Assembly: GCA_949358305.1 (NCBI GenBank)
Contig: OX442314.1
Span: 1,426,001 to 1,490,000 of the forward strand
From: Strigamia acuminata
Lineage: Eukaryota
Reading direction: 5' to 3'
Length of the DNA: 64,000 nucleotides
The first letter of the stretch is position 1, and the number at the start of each line of letters is the position of its first letter. Positions 26,801 through 38,009 of the stretch are shown in pieces. The position numbers and the translations under genes were made by a program. The notes under the pieces are model-generated. The model had not been told where the DNA came from. It searched no databases and worked only from the letters and a program-made list of their open reading frames with translations.

Positions 26801-27608
26801 AAGTAACGGTAACGGTAACTAGTTACCAAATTCAAGTAACGCACACAACACTACAAACAAATTATTACATTGCAGTTCTTTACGAGGTACTGTACCTCGT
26901 AATGAACTGCAATGTAATGATTTTTTTTTTAATAATAAATGATTAAAAATAGCTTGGTTGGATGGTTGGCAATAGAAAACAATGTTATAAAATTTTGATA
27001 CAACAAACTTTCGTTATAACGAACAGATATTTTGGGTCCTTTGCGATTCGTTATAACGAAGCTCGACTGTATTCAGGTTTTGTGATTTTGAAACTTGATC
27101 TACAAGAAGAACACAATAATGTAAATACCTTCTTTATGTGCATTGATTGTAGATTCACTGTTAAATTAGATTGCAGCCAGAAACGATTGTAATCGGTAAT
27201 ATTAGTTTCCATATTTATAAGTCCTCGAACTACATTCGAACAGCTTTTAGTCATTCGTTCGAATGCGATTAAGCCCGACACTCCGTATTGCGCCCAGTAC
27301 TCACTCAAACCTGGCGTATCCATTGCGGAAAACATTATTTTCGGTAACGAAGTCGTATGAATTTCCATGAATTCAACTTCCACTTTGATCGGTTCATCAA
27401 GATAAAAGATTATTCTGTCTGCCGTTTGGTAGCAGCAGATGCCGATACAAGCAAGGAAAGTAACTAACCAAATTACACGAGAACAATATTTTTCTTTGTT
27501 CAAAACATTGTCTAGAACTTTCAATTCTTCCTTATCGATCAATGATGCTTGTATTTCTCGTTTCACATAAAGTTTAATATTTTTCATTCGTTCAGCAACT
27601 GTATTCAT
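8803..27608 (-). CDS. Multi-exon DEG/ENaC (degenerin/pickpocket-like) channel gene encoding two tandem subunit repeats
   Basis: Exons read by eye: 27608-27129 (TM1, FYLDEP..LPKI), 23914-23794, ~23363-23288, 23044-22938 (CEPN..CYEDC..HCK), 18883-18699 (LPYM..CKCLRPC), 16144-15492 (TM2 GGNLGFSLGYS, linker, TM1', WPNLIAC), 15371-15296 (GTCW), small exons at ~15170-15000 and ~12690-12590, ~12505-12396 (CHNNC..TCR), 9199-8803 (LPFM..CDCHPPC..TM2' GNAFALMIGLS). GT/AG phases fit at the junctions checked; the small middle exons are approximate. Confidence 0.82.
9745..10438 (-). mobile_element. pogo/Tigger-like deletion derivative with a transposase HTH (CENP-B N-terminal/psq) remnant at 9880-10031
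   Basis: Terminus TACAGTCAAAACTC on the minus strand, repeated TTCGTTATAACGAA motifs, and peptide MAAIRKEIFIQNKLNIFNAIDNGKKLSIVAVEFNLTRFTISTIFKNWDKI. Confidence 0.65.
10452..12355. mobile_element. hAT-type non-autonomous element containing a nested solo LTR
   Basis: TIR CAGTGTTGTATC...GATACAACACTG, 8-bp TSD AAGGTATG, subterminal GAACTAG repeats. Confidence 0.88.
10522..11458 (+). mobile_element. Solo LTR (Gypsy-like, ~937 bp)
   Basis: TGTGGTGATTC...GAATCACGACA termini, 4-bp TSD GAAC, TATATAA near 10685, AATAAA near 11393. Confidence 0.8.
13754..14201. mobile_element. Tc1/mariner/pogo-type MITE
   Basis: TIR CTGCCTCATTTAAACGCCCGG...CCGGGCGTTTAAATGAGGCAG with TA TSD. Confidence 0.85.
14638..14983. 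mobile_element. hAT-type MITE
   Basis: TIR-like AGAGATGAGTATTG/CAATGCTCATCTCTG, TACCCG subterminal repeats, near-identical 8-bp flanks CTGTATAC/CTGTACAC. Confidence 0.7.
16502..17378. mobile_element. Non-autonomous DNA transposon with GGGG...CCCC termini and an internal ~43-46-bp A-rich tandem repeat
   Basis: 8-bp TSD ACATGTGC on both sides, imperfect TIRs rich in ATCGCGA, repeat AAACGCGAAAAAAAAGAAAATTCCAACGAG at ~16650-16905. Confidence 0.75.
17476..17724. repeat. Small inverted-repeat element enclosing a degenerate (TTAGG)n tract
   Basis: ACTTTAACGACGCCCGTTTTAGC...GCTAAAACGGGCATCGCTAAAGT flanks about 30 TTAGG/TCAGG/TTTGG units (17531-17685). Confidence 0.75.
18051..18143. mobile_element. 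93-bp hAT MITE
   Basis: TIR CAGTGGTTTCCAAAC...GTTTGGGAACCACTG, 8-bp TSD GTCTACCC. Confidence 0.85.
19148..20071. mobile_element. hAT-type MITE with (ATCCG)n subterminal repeats
   Basis: TIR TAAGCTTGTTAAC...GTTAACAAGCTTA, 8-bp TSD CTCTTTAC, internal inverted 41-bp repeats. Confidence 0.88.
20209..20973. mobile_element. Tc1/mariner-type MITE with long TIRs
   Basis: CAGGGTGTCCTAAAAGTCTGTACCCCTCC...GGAGGGGTACAGACTTTTAGAACACCCTG, TA TSD, ~280-bp imperfect inverted arms. A related truncated end starts at ~17729. Confidence 0.88.
22151..22428. mobile_element. hAT MITE
   Basis: TIR CAGGGTTTCCCAAAC...GTTTGGGAACCCCTG, 8-bp TSD GCTTACGG. Confidence 0.87.
24535..26783. mobile_element. Foldback-like non-autonomous DNA transposon with ~400-bp TIRs containing 20-bp tandem repeats
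   Basis: TACTCTGTCTGACCTTAAG...CTTAAGGTCAGACAGAGTA with TA TSD. (TATTTTGCTATGGTATTTTG)n in both arms in opposite orientation. Inserted into an older GTAAC-repeat element (~24410-26852). Confidence 0.85.
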
Positions 27609-27720
27609 TTTGCTCTATAATTGATGAATATTATTAAGTGCTTTTACTTTCATTTCTCTAAGTAATTTTTTTTTCTTACAAACATATTTTGCCTTTCTGT
27701 GGCACCAAACCCTACCTTTC

Positions 27721-28244
27721 TGAACAGCCTCGTTGCAAAACACTTTGTCCAATAAATAATTTTACAAGCGTTGACAATATCAACTCGAATTTCGAGAACT
27801 GCGTAATCCAAAGAAACCACTAATGCATCTCGAGCTCTTCAAAGTGCAGAAACTATGGCAATTAAAAAAATACATTTTTTGTTGTGCTAGTGATTAATGA
27901 AATTAGTATACTATGCACACATTTTCATGTCACTCAAAAAACACTTAGGTTTATTAAAAATGTAAGTTTTAATTTTGCTAAGTGAACAGCCTCGTTGCAA
28001 AACACTTTATCCAATAAATAATTTTACAAGCGTCGACAATATCAACCTGAATTTCGAGAACTGTGTAATCCAAAGAAACCACTAATGCATCTCGAGCTCT
28101 GCAAAGTGCAGAAACTATGGCAATTAAAAAATACATTTTTTCTTGTGCTAGTGATTAATGAAATTAGTATACCATGCACACATTTTCATGTCACTCAAAA
28201 AACACTTTGGTTTATTAAAAATGTAAGTTTTAATTTTGCTAAGT
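27721..28244. repeat. Direct tandem duplication, 2 x ~262 bp, just upstream of the DEG/ENaC start codon
   Basis: TGAACAGCCTCGTTGCAAAACAC starts at 27721 and 27983; the copies are nearly identical. Confidence 0.9.
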
Positions 28245-29643
28245 GTTAATTATCAAAAAAATGTTTGTAAAGTATCATGAATAATACATCTGTGCTGAAC
28301 ATTACGGTACATCTATAATGAAATTAGAACATTCTCACTTCTGTCATTTCATGGTCACGCAGGCAGTCAATGGCGTTTTTTATTGACAACTTTCTCATTT
28401 TATGTTCTCTCCCCAAGAGAATGATAGAGAACGGATTGTTCCCCATGCGCCGGTTCCTGTTCCATAGGTTCCAGGTCCACAGGCACCTCCGGAACCGCAG
28501 CTCTACCTTAGGATGAGGAGCTGCAACAGGACAGCATGATCATTACAGCAGTGGGGCAGCCGGTCATAAAATATTTTGCCATTTCTAGGGAACTTCTGGC
28601 AAATGACATTCTTGCCAAAAGAAATTACTTTGACAAAAATCATTTGAGAATTAAAGAAATATTTTTTTAGTGCAGTAATAGTTCTATACTCAAAACCGGT
28701 ACAACGTTGTTTTAACTCTTACGTGTATTGGTGGAGCCGGATTACGCCTAACTGTGGACTGTGCTCTACTACGTAGAAAAGTAGTTCTGTTTATTTTCAA
28801 TGAACATCAGTGTCAAAGTGATTAGAATGATGGATTTTATTTATTTGATAATAAAATGTTTATTTTATTTGTTAAATAAGCTTTTCCCCCATTTTAATCA
28901 ATCAAACATTGTTAGCATCGTAGTTTGTTGGTTTCTTTCAAACAAAGGTTTAGCTTTTTATTGGTTGTTTTGCCTAGTTAGATTACAATTCTGGTGTTGT
29001 GAGCTACTTTTTTGTGCCACTACACCAGTGAGATGGCTCAACCAATAGGAGTTAGGACAACGTTGAACCGGTTTGGTGTACACACGCAACTTACAGTATC
29101 AACGATTGTGCATTAACTCTCCCCACCCCAACCTAGGGTCAATTTTGACCCCGAAAAGTGTTTTTTATTTTTTTTTCTATTAAAAAAAAAGTTTTTCATT
29201 CTGATTTTTTTTGTTTATTGCTTTTTTATCATTTAAAACAATAAAAAAAATATGAGAACTGAAAATTTAAAAATATTTTTTTTTGCTAATATGTTCGATT
29301 TTGGGCTAAAAACAAAATTTTAAGGTAAAAAATGGTATTATTTGGTCCAAACTAATTTTTTTTTTTACTAAAACCATCGTTTTTTTTACTAAAACAATCA
29401 ATTATATTACAGCTTAGGCAATAAATGTTGTTAACTATAGGCTTGTCCAATTATTAAAATAAATACTAGTACTTTAAAGAAAAAATACCAGGTGGAGGGG
29501 TTGACCCCTACTTATGGTCTAGCCCGAGACCTGACCCCAGTCCAATTTTACTAGCCAAGTTTTTTGCACGCGTTTTTGCGCGTCCAAGTTTAAATTTGGT
29601 TATTCTTTGGTTTTTTCGCTTTTTTGCATCGTTTACCTTCATT

Positions 29644-31262
29644 TCACGATGGGTCCTACTAAACCGAGAGGTAAGAAGCCATCCAATGAATCCAGTGATG
29701 TTTCCAACGCCAAAAAAGCACGGGAACCGCGTGGACGCTTGCCCACAGCTAAGCCTAACGTCGTCACGACACGCGCTGATGTTCATCGCGATCCCGTCGC
29801 ATCTCCATCCTCATCGAGAATCCTATTAGATGGGTCCATCGTCAACGTTCCGTCAGGCGAGGAGATCGAGCAGTTAGATGAACGTTTCAACGACGTACGG
29901 AATTCGATCGGGGCCGAATTTACCGACTCGCAAGCCGCGAAAAATTCGGCGCCCGTTACCGACTTGGGACTGTCGTCCCAAGCAATCGAGAAGCTCATAT
30001 TTATGGCTTTCTCGCAAAATCAGGCAGGTGGGGCTCCTCTTCAGCGGGAGGAGTCTACCGAGCGATCCGAAATGTCTCGATCTCGTAGAGACGAGTGGGG
30101 GTCGACTCAGTCTGTAAATCACGTAAGTAACCTTTTTTGAAAATATAAAAGGATTGTTTTTAAAAATATTCACACTCTCGTTTCTGACTGGTTGTAGTCG
30201 GATGTTTTAGAGTACGATTCGGACTCCACTTCTCGCTCTAGCTCGTCGGATGAAGAGCGACCGATTACCGCAAAATTGTCCCGAAAGGACCGTGAAATCT
30301 TGCGTCTTAAGCGGGAGCTTGACAAGAGAGGAAAACAGTCCGTTTCCTCGCGCACAACTCCGTCCCATTTAGACGGGGACTCAGAACGTTCGTCGGACGA
30401 TTCCGATAACAACGACGAGGATGCGCCTTTTCTCCACGAAGCGTCGGCCAAAGAAATTGTGCGAATTTTAAGCAAACCGACTTCAACGGCCAAGAATAAC
30501 AGCTTTAAAGCCGATTTTCCCTGCCCAACTCGTCAGGTTCCCTTTTTGAAGAGGAAGAAGATGGACGAAGATGTGGAAGCCTACGTGGGGGCACGAAACA
30601 CGTCCTTCTCCATTCCGCGAGAACGTTTTTTGCGTCGATTAAACGGCATGATGGCGCGTGTTGGATCGATTACGGCCAGAATCTACGATCGTTCGTCAAC
30701 AAACGACCCCATGAACAAAGAAGAATTGCTTTACGCCAACAAAGCCATTTTCCAACAAGTTCGAAACGCTATGAATGCAATTAGCGACGAACGACGGTTT
30801 AATGTCGTTCAGGGTTTGGGCACAAAGAAATCCGACATGGTGAAACATTTCCGAAATTCGGAGGGCGATACCCTTTTTCAGGGACAATTTTTCGAGAGAT
30901 TCAGTAATCCATATTATCGATTTTGAAAAATATTCAAAAAGCACTTTTACAAAACTTTTTGTTTTTTCCTTTTAGAAAAGCAAGCCGATCAATTCGCATC
31001 GGTGGATAGAGCCAGGAGTAAAAACCCCGCCAAGGGTACGCGCCGCGATAGTCGAATCCGTCGTAATTTTAGTCGCCCCGTCGAGAATTTTCAGCGCAGA
31101 GATTATTCCCACGCACGACAGGACGACAGGGATCAGAGTAGAAGCTTCCATACCCCGGATTACAACAAAGGGCAACAGCAGCCCTTTCGTAAAAGCCCCT
31201 TCCCCAACAACCGGGGAAGGGGTCGTGGCGGCTTCGCTAGAAACGGTAACGGCCTGGTGTAG
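29644..31262 (+). CDS. DIRS-like gag/ORF1, apparently in three exons (29644-30122, 30198-30903, 30976-31262)
   Basis: Removing GT..AG segments 30123-30197 and 30904-30975 gives one ORF with a DIRS-gag-like DTLFQGQFFERF motif and an RGRG tail overlapping the pol frame. Confidence 0.65.
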
Positions 31263-31481
31263 CCACTTTTCCTTCCCCGACGTCTGTTTCTCATCTGGAC
31301 GTTTACCTCTTTGTCACGACACTTGGTCCTTTATCACTTCAGATTCTTGGGTCCTCGATACGGTCAAAGGGATAAAATTGGAATTTTTAAATACACCTGT
31401 TCAAACAGAATTTTGTACACCGATTTTCGACCGGGTTAAACATGAATTGATCAGAGAGGAAGTTGAGGCCATGATCCTTAA
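31225..31481 (+). pseudogene. DIRS-like pol N-terminus, interrupted at TTAA
   Basis: GRLPLCHDTWSFITSDSWVLDTVKGIKLEF...EEVEAMIL resembles the DIRS pre-RT motif (GRL..F...W...T.D.WVL....GY.LEF...E...ML.KGAI). Similarity stops at CTT AA|CCTT. Confidence 0.75.
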
Positions 31482-32334
31482 CCTTCGGAAGCGAGTGCAC
31501 CCGCAAAATCCGCACTTTGGGAGTGACTATTCCTCGGATTCCGGCCGGACCAAACTCTTCCGGAAAATGTCCGGGGGAATGCTGAGAGTGCCGATAGACG
31601 ACATTCGATTTTATGTCGTGGATTTTTGTGCGGTTTGCGCCGTGTTTATTATTCGTACGAGATTTGGTATTTTCGCAGGGTTGTTGTCGCGCGAGATTCA
31701 TCGGGGTAAAGCGAGTTCATCAACGACCTCGCCGGTGAATGTTGCTAAAAATCTGTGCAAGTGTTGTCAAATATTGCCGTGATTCGATGGAATTTTTGTC
31801 AGACATTGGGAAATTTTTTTTGACTTGTCCAACGCGCCAGTAAATCGAGCGTCCACACGCGCCCACATGCGTGAACAGTGCACTCGCCCTCCGCGCCCCG
31901 TCGGCGTAGGCGCCGGCCGTCCCCCCTTTCTCTCTCTCTCTCTCTCTTCCGCCCGGGAATCGCCCTTCCGCCCGTCACCGAATTTTGTCAATATCTGATA
32001 AATTTCCACAGAATTGCAGCGACATTGTACGGGATATTTCTGCCCGATTTGACGGACTTATGTAAAACATTGTTGAAATTCCGTGGAAATTTATAAAATA
32101 TTGACAAAGGTTGGTGACCGACCCACGGCGCGTTGCGGCGCGGTCGGAGCACGCGACCCAATCCCCCCCTCCCCCCGTCCCCAAAAAACCACGCCCCGAG
32201 GAACCCCGAGGTTCGGTTTCCGACCGGGTCGCCTCTTGATCCGACCCGGGGCGCGTCACGGCGCGGTCGGAGGACGGCCCTCGCCCCCAAAAACCACACT
32301 CCGGGTCACGTGGTCTCGCACCCGACTCTCTCAG

Positions 32335-35300
32335 TTATCCCGTTACGGCCCTTGGCCGTAACGGGCCGTTACGGGATCGTGACGGGACCGTCGGCGGCCC
32401 GTTAACGGCCCGCACGGGCCGTGACGGGATCGTGACGGGACCGTTGGCGGCCCGTTAACGGCCCGCACGCGCCGTGACGGGACCGTGACGGGACCGTCGG
32501 CGGCCCGTTAACGGCCCGTACGACTCCATGCGGGCCGTTGACGGGCCGTTAACGGGCCGTTAACGGGCCGTTAACGGCGTAAATCGAAAAAATCAACAAC
32601 CGACAACACGTACGTGAAAACGCGTACAACATTCATAGACATTAATCTCGAATCCTGTTTTTGGTTTTACGCCGTTAACGGGCCGTTAACGGGCCGTTAA
32701 CGGCCCGTTAACGGCCCGTTAACGGCCCGCGTGAGGTCGTACGGGCCGTCGGCGAGCCGAAGTCCGGGAACGAAGGCCGTGACGGGATCGTGACGGGACT
32801 GTCGGCGGCCCGTTAACGGCCCGCACGCGCCGTGACGGGACCGTGACGGGACCGTCGGCGGCCCGTTAACGGCCCGTGCGGGCCGTTGCGGGATCGTGAC
32901 GGGATCGTCGACGGCCCGTTAACGGCCCGTGCGGGCCGTTGCGGGCCGTTGACGGGCCGTTGACGGGCCGTTAACGGGCCGTTAACGGGCCGTTACGGCG
33001 TGAATCGAAAAAATCAACAACCGACAACACGTACATGAAAACGCGTACAACATTCATAGACATTAATCTCGAATCCTGTTTTCGGTTTTGCCCCGTTAAC
33101 GGGCCGTTAACGGGCCGTTAACGGGCCGTTAACGGCCCGTGCGGGCCGTTGCGGGATCGTGACGGGACCGTCGACGGCCCGTTAACGGCCCGTGCGGGCC
33201 GTTGCGGGATCGTGACGGGACCGTCAGCGGCCCGTTAACGGCCCGTGCGGGCCGTTGCGGGATCGTGACGGGATCGTCGACGGCCCGTTAACGGCCCGTG
33301 CGGGCCGTTGCGGGATCGTGACGGGACCGTCAGCGGCCCGTTAACGGCCCGTGCGGGCCGTTGCGGGATCGTGACGGGATCGTCGACGGCCCGTTAACGG
33401 CCCGTGCGGGCCGTTGCGGGCCGTTGACGGGCCGTTGACGGGCCGTTAACGGGCCGTTAACGGGCCGTTACGGCGTGAATCGAAAAAATCAACAACCGAC
33501 AACACGTACATGAAAACGCGTACAACATTCATAGACATTAATCTCGAATCCTGTTTTCGGTTTTGCCCCGTTAACGGGCCGTTAACGGGCCGTTAACGGG
33601 CCGTTAACGGCCCGTGCGGGCCGTTGCGGGATCGTGACGGGACCGTCGACGGCCCGTTAACGGCCCGTGCGGGCCGTTGCGGGATCGTGACGGGACCGTC
33701 AGCGGCCCGTTAACGGCCCGTGCGGGCCGTTGCGGGATCGTGACGGGATCGTCGACGGCCCGTTAACGGCCCGTGCGGGCCGTTGCGGGATCGTGACGGG
33801 ACCGTCAGCGGCCCGTTAACGGCCCGTGCGGGCCGTTGCGGGATCGTGACGGGATCGTCGACGGCCCGTTAACGGCCCGTGCGGGCCGTTGCGGGCCGTT
33901 GACGGGCCGTTGACGGGCCGTTAACGGGCCGTTAACGGGCCGTTACGGCGTGAATCGAAAAAATCAACAACCGACAACACGTACATGAAAACGCGTACAA
34001 CATTCATAGACATTAATCTCGAATCCTGTTTTTGGTTTTACGCCGTTAACGGCCCGCGTGAGGTCGTACGGGCCGTCGGCGAGCCGAAGTCCGGGAACGA
34101 AGGCCGTGACGGGATCGTGACGGGACCGTCAGCGGCCCGTTAACGGCCCGTGCGGGCCGTTGCGGGATCGTGACGGGATCGTCGACGGCCCGTTAACGGC
34201 CCGTGCGGGCCGTTGCGGGCCGTTGACGGGCCGTTGACGGGCCGTTAACGGGCCGTTAACGGGCCGTTACGGCGTAAATCGAAAAAATCAACAACCGACA
34301 ACACGTACGTGAAAACGCGTACAACATTCATAGACATTAATCTCGAATCCTGTTTTCGGTTTTGCCCCGTTAACGGGCCGTTAACGGGCCGTTAACGGGC
34401 CGTTAACGGCCCGTGCGGGCCGTTGCGGGATCGTGACGGGACCGTCGACGGCCCGTTAACGGCCCGTGCGGGCCGTTGCGGGATCGTGACGGGACCGTCA
34501 GCGGCCCGTTAACGGCCCGTGCGGGCCGTTGCGGGATCGTGACGGGATCGTCGACGGCCCGTTAACGGCCCGTGCGGGCCGTTGCGGGATCGTGACGGGA
34601 CCGTCAGCGGCCCGTTAACGGCCCGTGCGGGCCGTTGCGGGATCGTGACGGGATCGTCGACGGCCCGTTAACGGCCCGTGCGGGCCGTTGCGGGCCGTTG
34701 ACGGGCCGTTGACGGGCCGTTAACGGGCCGTTAACGGGCCGTTACGGCGTGAATCGAAAAAATCAACAACCGACAACACGTACATGAAAACGCGTACAAC
34801 ATTCATAGACATTAATCTCGAATCCTGTTTTTGGTTTTACGCCGTTAACGGGCCGTTAACGGGCCGTTAACGGCCCGTTAACGGCCCGCGTGAGGTCGTA
34901 CGGGCCGTCGGCGAGCCGAAGTCCGGGAACGAAGGCCGTGACGGGATCGTGACGGGACCGTCAGCGGCCCGTTAACGGCCCGTGCGGGCCGTTGCGGGAT
35001 CGTGACGGGATCGTCGACGGCCCGTTAACGGCCCGTGCGGGCCGTTGCGGGCCGTTGACGGGCCGTTGACGGGCCGTTAACGGGCCGTTAACGGGCCGTT
35101 ACGGCGTGAATCGAAAAAATCAACAACCGACAACACGTACGTGAAAACGCGTACAACATTCATAGACATTAATCTCGAATCCTGTTTTCGGTTTTGCCCC
35201 GTTAACGGGCCGTTAACGGGCCGTTAACGGGCCGTTAACGGCCCGTGCGGGCCGTTGCGGGATCGTGACGGGACCGTCGACGGCCCGTTAACGGCCCGTG

Positions 35301-36660
35301 CGGGCCGTTGCGGGATCGTGACGGGACCGTCAGCGGCCCGTTAACGGCCCGTGCGGGCCGTTGCGGGATCGTGACGGGATCGTCGACGGCCCGTTAACGG
35401 CCCGTGCGGGCCGTTGCGGGATCGTGACGGGACCGTCAGCGGCCCGTTAACGGCCCGTGCGGGCCGTTGCGGGATCGTGACGGGATCGTCGACGGCCCGT
35501 TAACGGCCCGTGCGGGCCGTTGCGGGCCGTTGACGGGCCGTTGACGGGCCGTTAACGGGCCGTTAACGGGCCGTTACGGCGTGAATCGAAAAAATCAACA
35601 ACCGACAACACGTACATGAAAACGCGTACAACATTCATAGACATTAATCTCGAATCCTGTTTTTGGTTTTACGCCGTTAACGGGCCGTTAACGGGCCGTT
35701 AACGGCCCGTTAACGGCCCGCGTGAGGTCGTACGGGCCGTCGGCGAGCCGAAGTCCGGGAACGAAGGCCGTGACGGGATCGTGACGGGACCGTCAGCGGC
35801 CCGTTAACGGCCCGTGCGGGCCGTTGCGGGATCGTGACGGGATCGTCGACGGCCCGTTAACGGCCCGTGCGGGCCGTTGCGGGCCGTTGACGGGCCGTTG
35901 ACGGGCCGTTAACGGGCCGTTAACGGGCCGTTACGGCGTAAATCGAAAAAATCAACAACCGACAACACGTACGTGAAAACGCGTACAACATTCATAGACA
36001 TTAATCTCGAATCCTGTTTTTGGTTTTACGCCGTTAACGGGCCGTTAACGGCCCGTTAACGGCCCGTTAACGGCCCGCACAGGCCGTGACGGGATCGTGA
36101 CGGGACTGTCGGCGGCCCGTTAACGGCCCGCACGAGCCGTGACGGGATCGTGACGGGACCGTCGGCAGCCCGTTAACGGCCCGTACGACTCCATGCGGGC
36201 CGTTGACGGGATCGTGACGGGACCGTCGGCAGCCCGTTAACGGCCCGCACGGGCCGTGACGGGATCGTGACGGGACCGTCGGCGGCCCGTTAACGGCCCG
36301 CACGAGCCGTGACGGGATCGTGACGGGACCGTCGGCAGCCCGTTAACGGCCCGCACGGGCCGTGACGGGATCGTGACGGGACCGTCGGCGGCCCGTTAAC
36401 GGCCCGCACGAGCCGTGACGGGATCGTGACGGGACCGTCGGCGGCCCGTTAACGGCTTGTACGGGCCGTTACGGGATCGTGACGGGACCGTCGGCGGCCC
36501 GTTAACGGCTCGCACGGGCCGTTAACGGGGTCGTTACGGGACCGTCGGCGGCCCGTGCGGCGGCCTCGCCAACCTCGTGCGGCCCGTTAACGGCCCGTAC
36601 GGGCCGTTACGGGGCCGTTGCGGGATCGTCGGCGGCCCGTTAACGGCCCGCACGGGACAA
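32335..36660. repeat. Palindromic higher-order tandem repeat
   Basis: ACGGGCCGTTAACGGCCCGT-type palindromes inside ~53-bp monomers. A ~95-bp AT-richer spacer (AATCGAAAAAATCAACAACCGAC...CTCGAATCCTG) recurs 9 times, at ~32580, 33000, 33476, 33951, 34274, 34750, 35106, 35581 and 35938. Confidence 0.95.
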
Positions 36661-37169
36661 CGGGCGCCAACGAGCGCCGGTAGTCCCGGTAATTTGTTTC
36701 AAAATAAATATTTGTCACCGTCTCCCCTCCCTCCTCCTCCTCCCCCTCCTCTCCCTCTCGAGGCCAGACACGGCCGCTCCAAAATACGAACCACGACGAT
36801 GCCTCCGTACCGATAGACCGAGTGGGTCGCGCGACAGACAATGCGCGCAAACTACCGTCGGCGCACGGTGTGCACGGCGCAACACCACGGAAGTAACTAC
36901 CGGTGCGCCCCTCGTGCGTGCGAGGCAACCCCGAGCTCGCTTAAAGAAGCCACGCAACAACGACCGAGTTCGTTTATCTATTTATTTATTTTTTATTCGT
37001 CTAGCATTTTAAACGAATCGATGAAAACAAATGAAAACAAACAAACAAATTAATAAACAAATCGAATACATAAAAAAATAAAATAAAATAAAATAAAATA
37101 AAATAAAATAAAGATGAAATGAAATGAAATAAAATGAAATATTGGCCGTTTCGATCCTCGATGTCGCCT

Positions 37170-38009
37170 TTATCTGCCTATCCATCTATTCTGAAATGAG
37201 AGAAGAAAAGATGAGTATTCGAAGAGGCGCTTAGTGGAGAATTCGCTCACTGTCCCGTTTCTTCGACTCGCGGGTAACCGCCGGTGCGTCGGAGGAGCCA
37301 CCAGTGTTGGGTGGCGGCTAAAAAAAAAAAAAAAAAAAAAAAAACGAATGTTTGTCGAAATACGGGGAAAAAAAGGTGCGTACATGCACGGTGAACGTTT
37401 TCCACCGACTGACTCACTCACCATGCGCATCAGCATTCTAACTATAGCGCGGTGCGCGTCCAACGCCAAACGCGAGAACACGGGGCCTCCAGCCGGGAGC
37501 AACTCGACTCCATCGGCGACGTCTCGGTCGTCGCTCTCTTCCTCCTCTTCCTCTTCATCTTCTTCTTCTTCCTCTTCTTCTCCTTCTCCTCCCTCTCCTC
37601 CTTCTTCGCCCTCTCCCTCCTCCGCCACTGTCTTTGCCGGAGCCTCCAGCCCGCCCGACAAGGGAGCGGCGGACGACGTAGATGGGACGGCGTCGCTCGA
37701 CGACGAGGCGACGACGCGCGCTGGCGACGATTCTCCGTCTTGACGCGGCTGGAAAATGGAGGGGGAATAGGCGAATGAATAGACGAATGAACGACGACAA
37801 TCTTGACGGGATACCTTTTTGGTTGGCGCCGGATCGCCCGCTTCCCCGGGACGCTTTACCGTTCGCTGCGTCTCCGGCGACTGTGGCTGCGTCGGCGTCT
37901 CCGACGTCCCCGGTGACGGTGGTTGCGACGGTAGCTGCGACTGCGGCGGCTGCAGCTGCGTCAGCGCCTCGTTCTCGCTCCCACTCTCGCTCTCGTTTTC
38001 GATCGGCAT
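37170..38009 (-). CDS. Intron-containing, low-complexity acidic/Pro-Ser-rich protein of the giant element; 3' exons uncertain
   Basis: ATG follows a TTCTCTACAG acceptor. Short GT..AG introns (AAG|GTATCC...TTTCCAG; ATG|GTGAGT...TTTTAG), poly-Glu tract. No recognisable domain. Confidence 0.5.
   Translation of the reverse strand: MPIENESESGSENEALTQLQPPQSQLPSQPPSPGTSETPTQPQSPETQRTVKRPGEAGDPAPTKKVSRQDCRRSFVYSFAYSPSIFQPRQDGESSPARVVASSSSDAVPSTSSAAPLSGGLEAPAKTVAEEGEGEEGGEGGEGEEEEEEEDEEEEEEESDDRDVADGVELLPAGGPVFSRLALDAHRAIVRMLMRMVSESVGGKRSPCMYAPFFPRISTNIRFFFFFFFFSRHPTLVAPPTHRRLPASRRNGTVSEFSTKRLFEYSSFLLSFQNRWIGR

Noticed and set aside
36067..36816. ORFs in the palindromic satellite
   Set aside because: Translations of GC-rich repeat with no coding signature.
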